DNA of 64,000 bases, taken from Eledone cirrhosa. Lineage: Eukaryota. The translations under genes and the position numbers were made by a program. This document shows, one piece after another, positions 50,882 through 62,092 of the stretch. Numbering within the stretch: position 1 is the stretch's first letter; every line of letters starts with the position of its first letter. Where the stretch lies: positions 21,514,001 to 21,578,000 of the forward strand of contig OZ024755.1 in the NCBI GenBank assembly GCA_964016885.1, given 5' to 3'. Under the pieces are notes generated by a model. It had not been told where the DNA came from and ran no database searches. It worked only from the letters and a program-made list of their open reading frames with translations.

Positions 50882-50885
<4 letters not shown>
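50756..50885. repeat. Palindrome, 63-bp arms, built from a hammerhead-containing element end
   Basis: Arms 50756-50818 and 50823-50885, one mismatch, 4-nt loop. Confidence 0.95.
50819..50867 (+). ncRNA. Type I hammerhead motif with core substitution (CTGGTGA); the inverted arm has canonical CTGATGA
   Basis: gcttc-CTGGTGA-tttctcccgaat-GAAA-cag ttctagtc ctg-TA-gaagc. Confidence 0.6.
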
Positions 50886-50912
<27 letters not shown>

Positions 50913-51722
50913 CGCGTGTTTGTGTGTGTATTTTGCGTTTGTGTGAGTGTGTGTTTAGGTCCATATATGTACATGTGTGTTGTGTGTGCCTGTATGCGTT
51001 TGTGTGTAACTTATAAGCCTCAAAGAAATATATATTTTTTTATGCCGGCTAAACTATTTAATCAATACACTTGACACTTGATAGAAATAAAATATAAATT
51101 AATAAGCCAGGATGCATTAATGTCTGTTATCATTCAAGGTATAAGATTAATCTAATAATATGATATACAAGAGTCATACGGAACTGATTGAGAGAGAATT
51201 ATAAATGACAAACCACCAACATTCGCTGTTTACTGACTTCAGATTATATATTAAACGGATTATGGACGGCAATAGAATGACAGACTCTATGGACGCTTGA
51301 CCAGCTGAAAATCATAGCCAACATATCAAAATACACAACATCGTTGTCTTGAAAGCCAGAAGAAAACATTAGAAAGTCTTATATAGGCTTAGAGCGTCGG
51401 AGTTACGGCCCTTTAGGTTCTGAGTTCAAATCCCGCCGAGGTTAGCTTTGCCTTTCATCCCCATGACGTCGTTAAAATAAAGTACCAGTAACCTATTAAG
51501 GCGTTTTTCATCGACTTTCCCTTCTCCCCATAATTGTTGACCTTGTGCCTAAATCAGAAACTATTATTATTGATACAAATGGGAGATGAGTTCAAATCCT
51601 GTCGGGGTTAGCTTCGCCTTTCATTCTTACAGAGTCGATAAAATAAAGTACCAGTAATGCACTGAGGTAGATTTAATCGACTTTCCCCTCCCACCAAAAT
51701 TGTTGGTATAGTGATAGATATA

Positions 51723-51753
<31 letters not shown>

Positions 51754-51802
51754 ATGGATAGATAGATAGGTAAATAGATAGATAGATGGATAGATTGATA
51801 TG

Positions 51803-52660
51803 TTTCTTTATTAGCCACAGGGGCACAAAAGAAGGGGACAAATACAAAGGGGGAAGTTTACATACAATAAAAACGTGTAAAATGTTATCACAAATGCAAT
51901 TTAAAAAGTTAGTCGATTTTCCCCAATAGAGGGAGACAGTTTATATGGGTAACACATACCCCCGAAAAAATGTGCAACCCTCATCTCCAGGAGTACGAAG
52001 TTTGTACCGCTTTCCTCTCTTCCTCTTTTTCCTCAACCTACAAGCTGATATAGAGAGAAGGCCCATTCACTCGGGCCATTCTCGCCACTTTCACCCACCT
52101 TTCATAAAACTTTCTGGGGTACAGCACCTTTCTCTCCATCCTGATTCTTCTTCCAAAGTGGTATTAAAAAAAAAGAAACGAGGTCGATCAAATAAAGTAC
52201 CAGTCATGCACTGGGATCGAGTTTAGATAGATAGATATATTTCTTTATTAGCCACAAGGGCGCACAAGAAAAGGGGACAATACAAAGACATGCCGGGGAT
52301 TTTACATACAGTCGTGTAAAATTACAACAATCGAAATCCCCAATAGGGGGGAGGCGCCACAAATGGGTTGTTTCATACCCCGTCGATAGAACAACCCTCA
52401 ACTCCAGGAGCGTGTTGTGCAAGTGCTCCTTTCTTCCTTTTGCTCTCTTCTTCAACCTACAGGCTTATAAACAGAGAAGGCCCAATCACTGGGGCCATTT
52501 TCGCTTCATTCACCCACCTTTCAGTAAATTTACTGGGGTGCAGTGCCTCTCTCTCCACCCTGATTCTCCTTCTAAAGTGTGATACTTAAAGAAGGGAATC
52601 AATTGTTGTCCGGAGAGAAATAGATAGATAGATAGATTTCTTTATTTGCCATAAGGGCGT
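51803..52660 (-). mobile_element. Two tandem 3' ends (plus a stub) of a Tx1/L1-like LINE at (GATA)n tracts
   Basis: HFRRRIRVEREALHPSKFTERWVNEAKMA-type C-terminus; each copy ends ...aataaagaaa then (CTAT)n. Confidence 0.6.
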
Positions 52661-52919
52661 AGATAGATAGAGATAAACAAAATAAATAAATAGTTAAATA
52701 GATAAAATATGTCGAAGTCAAAGTCATATTTAAAAGTTGTCAATCATTATTTGTGTATTTGTCAATATGGCGTCATTTATTTTTAGTAATCTTTTGTTGT
52801 TGTTTGATGTCGTTGTCCACCCCCACCGCCATCACCATCCCCAGATCACCGCCATGATTGGTTTATGAGAAATTCTGCCAGCTTTTTATTCTGATACGTT
52901 CTGAATATATAATTTCCAA

Positions 52920-53610
52920 TTAGCAAATAATTGTTTCTACTTTTGACACAAGGCCAGCAATTACCCAGTAGATTACTGGTACTTTATTTTATCGACCCCG
53001 TAAGGATGAAAGGCAAAGTTTACCTCGGCCGGATTTGAACTCAGAATGGCAAGGGCAAATTAGCAAATAATGGTTAATTTAATAGTTTCTACGATAGGCA
53101 CAAGGCCAGCAATTTTGGGGGAGGGCCAAGTCGATTAACTCGAATCCAGTGCATGACTGGTACTTTATTTGATCGACCTCGTAAGGATGAAAGATACAGC
53201 TAACCTCAGCGGGAAATGATAATAATAATTGTTTCTACTTTTGGCACAAGGTCAGCAAATTACCCCAGTGCATTACTGATACTTTATTTTAATCGACCTC
53301 GTAAGGATGAAAGGCAAAGTTAACCTCGGCGGGATTTGAACTTGGAAAGTAAAGGGCCATAACTATGCTGCAAAGCATGGTGTCTGACGCTCTACCGATA
53401 CTGCCAAACCAAATAGTTTCTGATTTAGGCACAAGGCCAACAATTTTTGAGGAAATCGACCCAGTGTATTACTGGGACTTTATTTTATCGACACCGTAAG
53501 GAGGATGAAAGACAAAGCTAACCTCGGCGGGATTTGCACTCAGAACGTAAAAGGATATAACTATATGCTGCAAAGCATGTTGTCCGACGCTCTACTGATA
53601 CTGCGGCTAG
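52920..53610 (-). mobile_element. Array of four or five Meta-type SINE copies in the same orientation
   Basis: Repeated gtttct...cacaagg(c/t)cagcaa...tactttattt...aaggatgaaag units. Confidence 0.85.
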
Positions 53611-53890
53611 CCCATTGCATATAATACCAAACGTTCCGAGAGCCATTCGTGAAACAGTGTCTATAACTCAAACGATAACTCCCCGCCCGTCCTCTGCTGC
53701 TAGTAGTAATGGTAGTGAACACCTAACTATATAGTATTATTGACATGAAGTAGGCATTTCACACAAACAATCATATTATGTTGTCTCTGAAATACATGGC
53801 AGAAAACGGTTTTATTCATTATTTAGCATATGAGACATCAAACTCAATAATTCCATTCACTTCTAAATGCCCGATTCTCAATCCCTCTCA

Positions 53891-54410
<520 letters not shown>

Positions 54411-55314
54411 ATTTCCTTTGTTGCAAAATACCATTTTCATAGCACAATGATGACCCCTTAAAATATTAATATTCCTGTTGTTAACGAGAATAAGTTATTC
54501 TAACATTCGTTATTGCCTTTTAGGTCGGCCATAATTTCAGACAATCGTGCTGACTTTGAAACACAATTGATTATTATATCATTTATGAATATTATTAACA
54601 AAGAATTGTTGAATTATGTATATCTTGAACAACTTGACGTCTAGCGTTAATACGTTAGACTGTCTTTTTTATATAAGTTATTTCACTTCCATTAACATCT
54701 AACATTAAGTTGAAGATCTGCTGACCAAGGCGAAGAGTAGATAGTTGAGATGTTTTGGGCTTGTGACGAGATAGGACGGACTCGCTAAGACGTTCTAAGA
54801 CAATTCCCCAAGGAGCAGGAACAAGTCTGTGGAAGAGAAGGCGCGGCAGACAAATAAAACTGAGCGGACGGGTAGGAACATTGCCACAACCTAAGCACTC
54901 GCCCATGGTCGACAAAGATGTGTGGTCGATACTGCAGTGTCCCAACAACCCCGAAAGGGGTTAGGGGACTATGATAATGGTGATGATTAAAACATTACGC
55001 GGTTTTCTTTTATATAAGTCATTTCACATCCATTGGCATCTAACATTTCTGTTTTCCTTGGTAGATCGAGAACGAAGCGTGCCAAATAATATAGTAATCC
55101 AAAAAAGTCAAGTTCTTCGTTGTTCTTTGGCCCTGATCGAGGTAGTCTATTCTCATCTGTCAACCTCTGGAGGTCCTTGTGATTTCAATACATTAAGGTC
55201 GATGTCACTAACTCTAGTGCACATAGGTCAGTAACAAATGGACTAAAAAGAAAGGACTGTCCTCCTGTGTTTCGTCCGTTTTCCGTTGTCTTCGTCTATG
55301 TATATATATATATA

Positions 55315-55451
55315 TAAGTCCCGGATTCAATCGGGGGGTAACTACATTAAGGTACTCAATAGATTAGTAGAGTGCAATCATGAAGTTTAACTGGACTTTC
55401 CTGGTGATTTCTTTTCAATGAAGAAATCACCAGGAAAGTCCTGTAGAAGTC

Positions 55452-55452
<1 letters not shown>
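55315..55452. mobile_element. Second copy of the (TA)n-flanked fold-back element seen at 50684-50885
   Basis: ccggattcaatcggggggtaac...taaggtactcaata; 21-bp hairpin 55393-55441; agtcctgtagaag end. Confidence 0.75.
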
Positions 55453-55506
<54 letters not shown>

Positions 55507-56214
55507 TATAGGGATACATTAGTCAATGTGTCCTTCCTATTTTAAGATGATAAAATGTGAGTTGAAGGAGTTTGATTACTATTTCTAGTCGGTCGAGTGA
55601 CCACATAGATTATTTTTCGTTGTTTCGAAAATGATATATAATTCGGTTTAGCTGGTTGATTAGCCTTGGCCGCCATCGGAGGGATTTGAACCTAGTTGAA
55701 ATCTACGCTCAGAACACGGAGCAATGGAACAAATATTGCAAACTATTACGTCAGGCGCTCTAAGAATTCTGCCTTGGATTTGGTTTATTTATCAACCATG
55801 AAGAGATGAAAGACGAGGTTTGAACTTGTATCTCAGAGAACCGAAACAATATACCATATGACATTCTATCGAACGCTCTAACAGCTCCCATAATTCACAG
55901 CCAAGGGATGTATGTATATAATATATCTGAGACACATTATGTAACATGTTCTTTTCTTATTTTAAGATAATTGGTGTTACTTGGCTGTTATTTTTTAGCA
56001 GGACCTACAAATAGGTAAGAGTTCCTTTGTTGACTCAATTAAGATACAACTCCATCTGGTAGTAGTTTATGTTTAACTCTAGTTTCGTAAAACATTTTTG
56101 CTCCATTATAACAACTAGCAGAAAAACCGCCCCATGTAGTGTGCATATCGGTATTATACGCAAATATATATGCATATAGATATATGTAAATTGAAAAGTA
56201 ATTAGACAATATCT

Positions 56215-56830
56215 TCTTCACCCACTTATTTCTGAGAGGGTCGTGGAGGCAGAGTCCTTCTCAAACACTCTTTCCAGCGAGTCTGTCAGTAGCAAACATC
56301 TCTAACTGATCCAGCTGGATCTCAAAGCGTGACCAGCCAACTATCTTGCTCAGGGTCTACCTCTGGGTCTCTTGCCGGTTGGTTTTGCCTGTAAAATGTG
56401 TCCAGCGATTCTTTACTGAGACATTCTAACCATATGCTCATAATATCGGAGTTGTGATCTCTCAATTCGGAGAAGTAGCGGCTCTACCAGGAGTGACTCT
56501 CTGGTCTCTGAGTTATGTACTTTATCGAGTAACGTTACTCCAAAGACCTTTCGGAGGAATCCCTTTCTGCCACTTTTATTTGCAATTGTATTCTTTTGGT
56601 CATTACTCAAGATTCATGATCCTCGGTAAGAGTTGGCAGGAATACCAGGAAGACAGCGAGTTTGGCTTTTACACCTACTCCAGTTCATCTGATTGTTGAG
56701 GCTGGCGCTTTACTGCATCAGCTTTTGTAATTCTTGCACTTAATTCAGTCTCCTGCATTCCATCACTCATGAACACGGCTCCAAGGTACTTGAACTTCTC
56801 TAACTGCTTCAGTAGAACTCCATTCACATG
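56215..56830 (-). mobile_element. RTE-like LINE 3' fragment with (GAA)n tail
   Basis: KQLEKFKYLGAVF; FLRKVFGVTLLDKV...IERSQLRYYEHMVRM. Confidence 0.8.
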
Positions 56831-57034
56831 TATATAAATTTGAGGGACTTCTGTCCACCCGTCCATCACGCAATGTGTATGAGTGTTTGTGTGAATGTAT
56901 GTGTGTGTAAAAGAAAGGAAAGGGATACACACATATATGTCTCCAGCTTAAAAACAGTGACACTCTCACACGTGTCTCTAATTTAAGAACGCCGACAAAC
57001 TCACGCGCGCGCACATACACACACTGTCCTATTA

Positions 57035-57712
57035 CCACTCAAGAGCTTTGGCCCGGGGAAACATCCCTTCAATTTTGGAACCATCAGGGTTGTCCTGAAT
57101 TGATGGGAAAAGAATTGACGGTCTTACTCTGTGCTCCTGTTCAAGAGGTGGGAGCCTTACCTGGGACGTCACAGTTAGTGACTCTTTTGCTTCTTCCCAT
57201 ATCCTGGATGCAGCGGTAAGGGCGAGAGCTACGGCATCCGCAGCTGAACGGAACAAAATCCTAAAATACCGTGTTCTGTCAGCTAACTACATTATCCAGC
57301 CAGTGGCGTTCGAGACGTTTGGAGGAGTCGGGCTACTGACAGCGAGGTTCTTATCTTCACTGGCGGCTCGCCAAACAGAGGTAACTGGTGATGCTCGTGA
57401 GGGCACTTGGTTGTTCCAGCACCTCAACCTCGCCATAACCCCAGGTAACGCTGCGAGCGTGTTGGCCTGCCTCAAAAATTATTAGAGAGGTTTCCGAGTG
57501 CTCCTTGCTATATTGCTATCTTTTGCTCTGGTAGAGGCTCGTTTTTCCACCCCTTTCGTCTGCATTTTGTTCTATGGGGTCTAAGATGTGTGTATTACCT
57601 GCTTGTGTATTTTTTCTCTTTCTTTTTTTCCTTTCCCTTTCCTTTGTATATATTATATTTGTTAGTGTTTTCGTTCTGTAACCAGTATATTAAATGAGTT
57701 TAAAAAAAAAAG
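57035..57712 (+). mobile_element. CRE-clade LINE 3' fragment with poly(A)
   Basis: NIPSILEPSGL..DGKRIDGLT; AFETFGGVG...PGNAASVLACLKNY; same family as 37750-39790. Confidence 0.85.
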
Positions 57713-58469
57713 AGTTAATAAATAAATAAAGAGTTAATAAATAAATAAAACGTTATACTTGTTTTACCCTCCCATCTCCAATTAAACCGAATGCTATCAT
57801 GACTGTATGTGTGAAAGTATGTATATTTGTGTGAAAGTATGTGTATTTGTGTGAAAGTATGTGTATGTGTGTGAATTATGTCCGTGAGAGTGTAATTTTA
57901 TAAGTTTGTGTTTGTGCCATTATAGTTATATACTCATAATAGTTATATACTCATACATATAGATGTATGTATGTGCACAATCATACGCGTCAGCGTGTAG
58001 AAAATCATAATCTCTCTCTCTATCTCTCTCATCACAAACTCTCTCTTTCTATATATATATGGTAGTTGAAGTGGTGGTGGTGGCGACGATATACCGGAAG
58101 TGCAACTTTGAAAAGAAGTCAATTTGAAATTATTTATTTTTACGAAATTATTTTTGTTTACGAAATTTAGTAGATAAATTATGTAATATTCATTCATTAT
58201 TTATTCAAAGTAATCCAACTTATTTTACAAACGGGATAAAAAATAAATAAATAAACCGTACGCAATCCCGCAGACCTTCCTTTATTATAGTTTAGATTGA
58301 ATTATTTTGCTCGATTTTAACAATTATATAATTTTTACAGTTGTTAGTTATTGAAAACAGATTCCTTTGAACTTCTTTATCAGTTTTACTGAATATCAAA
58401 ACAAGCTGCCAGGTAGCAGTGTTTTTATCGCTATACCTTTCATTTGCACATCTGTAGTATAATAATAAC

Positions 58470-58594
58470 TGTTTCTATTTTAGGCACAAGGCCAGCAATT
58501 ACCCAGTACATTACTGGTACTTTATTTTATCGACCCCGTAAGGATGAAAGGCAAAGTTAACCTCGGCCGGATTTGAACTCAGATCGTAAAGGGA
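58470..58594 (-). mobile_element. 5'-truncated Meta-type SINE with 18-bp TSD
   Basis: TSD ctgtagtataataataac at 58452-58469 and 58595-58612. Confidence 0.88.
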
Positions 58595-58896
58595 CTGTAG
58601 TATAATAATAACCTTGTTCCTTCTTTATGGACAGTAGATATGGCTGTGATATCAATTGAGATATCCGGGCGTCTCTGTTTGGTTTAATTATTTGTCTTGG
58701 ATATCGTTAATTGTTTATTTCGCATTTGCCGCAAGCTTTTCAGCAACTCCCATACTTATAGTTGTCTCAACAATATTACCGAGAAAAACAGAAGTCTGAG
58801 ACTGTTTGGAGTCGTGTTTTCTTTAAATTAGTCTTCTCCTGTAGTTGTTAAAACCACTTTTTAATGACTACTTTCAAAACACGTATAATATAATAA

Positions 58897-59075
58897 TTGT
58901 TTCTACTTTTGGCACAAGGCCAGCAATTATCCCACTGCATTACTGGTACTTTATTTTATCGACCCCGTAAGGATGAAAGGCAAAACTAACCTTGGCAGGA
59001 TTTGAACTCAGAACATAAAGGGCCATAACTCTATGCTGCAAAGGATGGTGTCTGACGTTCTACCAATACTGCCAA
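58897..59075 (-). mobile_element. Meta-type SINE
   Basis: Near full-length match to the dominant family. Confidence 0.85.
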
Positions 59076-59496
59076 AGTTATAACATTAATTTAATAAGAT
59101 TTTGCGGCACTTTTTTTAAAGATTAAAATAGCGTTATTTTCTTATAGAAAAAATCCATAGTTTAATTTTTTTAATTGTTATAATGCTTTTTTAAATACAT
59201 TTTTCATAGCTATATGTCTAGTTAGTTGGATATTTTTGCCAATTCTAGTTGTAACTCACACTATATTTAACTCTAAAACTAATTTCAATTTGACAACCTT
59301 GTCCATACACATATAGATACTTTGTAAGCTTGTTGCATACAGTCAAACACACATAGGTCTATGTAATCCCCTTACACGTACAACATTTTATGTTAACATG
59401 TAAAACACACACTCAGGCTTATTTAACACTGTAGTTTTGTTACCTACACTCAATAGAGATATTTATATATTTATTCTATAGTTTTAACTTTTAAAG

Positions 59497-59800
59497 GTGC
59501 CTTGTGTTTAGTGGTTAGAGTTTTCAGCTCTCAAACGTAAGGTAGTAAGTTCGGATTCCTGGCAAGACACTTTAGTTCACGTTGTTCCAGTCTACTCAGA
59601 TGACAAAAATGTGTTGTACTTGTAATTCAATGGGCCAGCCTTGCCAAAGCTTGTGTCACGCTGAATCTTCCTGAGAACTACGTTAAAGGTGCACGTTTTT
59701 TTTTTGTGTGGAGTGCTCAGCCACTTGCATGTTAATTCCATGAAAAGGCTGTTCTGTTGTCGTTCAACTAAAACACTCTTCGTCAGAACCGACTGAAGTC
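59497..59800 (+). mobile_element. Second tRNA-derived SINE family
   Basis: tagtggttagag head; gtcacgctgaatcttcctgagaactacgttaa body, also seen inverted at about 48730-48940. Confidence 0.7.
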
Positions 59801-60410
59801 CAACAATATTTCTTTAACACGTCTAACTATGGCTTCTTTTTATCATGTTCTACCGTTCTGACGTCAAATACAGACTATGTTTATAATAAAACTATAAATA
59901 TGTTGTCTACTGTTAACTTTAAAAGAACATCGTCTGCATGTATATTTATGTAATCATAAACTTGATGAAATATTTGGAATTAATCTCATTTTTTTTTAGA
60001 AAATCATGAATAGTATTGAGAAATGTAATCCTATTGCTGTGATTACTCGCTTTATGAACATTGGAGCTCTCTTGTACCACACAACCGTTAACTTTAAAAT
60101 CTGATTACAGATGTAACGAAGAGAAGATAGATTTTCAAATTTGAAAAATATATGCCATGTCAATACTTCGTATATACAAAAGGTGACAATGGCTTGGAAA
60201 GACTACCAAGTTAGGAAAACAGATTCGAAAAATAAGATATGATTGGATTAGCAAAGAATAATTTTAAAAAATTTGTTTATAATGATGAGTTTTTTCAGTG
60301 CATTTGTATCAATTAAATATATGTGGGTTCCCAGCTTGCTGTAGTATAACACTAGAATATTTATATTATATAAACAACAAATATAAATAAATGACCAAGT
60401 TTTGTTTGGC

Positions 60411-60478
60411 TACCACCACCACCACCACTACTACCACCACCACCACCACCACCACCACCACCACCACCACCACCACTT

Positions 60479-60524
<46 letters not shown>
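60411..60524. repeat. (CAC)n(TAC)n microsatellite
   Basis: Direct observation. Confidence 0.95.
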
Positions 60525-60526
<2 letters not shown>

Positions 60527-60714
60527 TATTAGTGAGTGTTCTTTATACATCTATACATCATGTCCTCGCGTCTATCAAAAGGAAAACATTTTAATCAATA
60601 AATTCAAAACAATATCACCCACACGGACACAGTATATATACATAATATTCATAATATGCTGATTTAAAACTTCACTGCTCACAAGTGTTTTTTAAGCTTC
60701 ATATCATGTCTCCC

Positions 60715-60786
60715 TATTTTATCTGATGAGAACGCAGATATCATCCCATGATGATTATTTGTTTTTGAAATGCGCATAATAAAATA
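60715..60786 (+). ncRNA. Type I hammerhead ribozyme motif with intact core
   Basis: tattttat-CTGATGA-[long stem II]-GAAA-tgcgca-TA-ataaaata; perfect 8-bp stem I; palindromic minimal stem III. Confidence 0.72.
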
Positions 60787-61016
60787 CTTGGAACTCTTTT
60801 AACCATCTTTTGATCTTATATTATTTATACTCCAGTCCTACAAACTGTAGAGTGCTACTTATCCGATATTTGCATTGCTTTATTGTGCTACAATAAAACT
60901 CACCTCCTACATTAATATTCATAATATATATATATATATATATAAATGAAGTATTTCCGTAGGAAAGGTAAAGGAAAAGAGAGTGCTCTATGTAGGCTAC
61001 AGAGCTTTTTAGTTTT

Positions 61017-61208
61017 GTAACAAACAACATAAGATAATTAATTCATTGACCAAAGGTTTCACGAAGGCAGACGATCTTGACACGTCTGCCTTCAATTATC
61101 AAAAAGAATTTATCCTTTCTGATGATTGAAGGCAGACGTAAGTATCAAGCTCGTCTGTCTTGGTGAAACCTTTGGTAAATGAATTAATTGTCTTATGTTG
61201 TTTATTAC
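61017..61208. repeat. Imperfect palindrome of two inverted hammerhead-bearing copies next to (TA)n
   Basis: gtaacaaacaacataagataattaattcatt... / ...aatgaattaattgtcttatgttgtttattac. Confidence 0.9.
61107..61185 (+). ncRNA. Type I hammerhead ribozyme motif with intact core
   Basis: CTGATGA (61119-61125); stem II aaggcagacg/cgtctgtctt; GAAA-cc ttt gg-TA; stem I imperfect. Confidence 0.68.
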
Positions 61209-61230
61209 ATAACTATATATATATATTACA

Positions 61231-61314
<84 letters not shown>

Positions 61315-62092
61315 ATATATATCATAAATAGAGAGAAGATATGATATATTATGTTAGACGCCTTAAACAAAGCGAAACATGCTCAATGCCTAAAGATGCA
61401 ATATTAAATATTAAAGTGGAGTTAATATTTAAGGAGAGTTAATAAGCAGAGGCTATAGATATAGATATATAGAAAAGCGAAGTAGTTTCAGATGTTCAAG
61501 TCTTTTAATAATAATGCTGTGATATATATTTCAATGACGACACTGGCCACACTGTTCTGTGTGCGAGTGTCGCGACATCGTCAGACAGCTTGTTACATAA
61601 TAAGGTTATGTTTTCGAGGCAATCCAAATTGAATCGACATGGGAACGGACAAAGTGTGTGCTTTTGGGTTCTTCATCCGTTCCCCTGTGAGTACCAATTT
61701 ACCCCCACCGGTCTGTCCATGCTTGGTGAGAGATAGTATTGTGACCTGTAAATACTAACACTCCCCCATCCCCTCTGGCTTTCGGCTGACTACCACAAAC
61801 GGGATGAGTAGCAGTAAACTAAGGTGCAGGCCTGAATGGGTCATTGTTTGGCTGAGAGGGGGAACTGACTAAGCGAATTTCGTTGAAATCTGCGGTAGCT
61901 AATGGTCAACTTCCTTCGGACATGCGCCTGCGCAGACAAAACAAATTCAAAAACGAAATATATATATATATATATATTATATATAGTTTCAGAAGATCCC
62001 GTTAAGGGTGAAAGCAGCGATTCTTTGCTTAAACTTTAATCTGTTATTTTAAGAAATATTTGCTCTACGGTTTTTATATATTTTTATATATA

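Noticed and set aside
61923-61934. NRF1-like motif TGCGCCTGCGCA; also ETS-like CCGGAAGT at 3425 and 58094
   Set aside because: Isolated short motifs with no associated gene start visible in the window.
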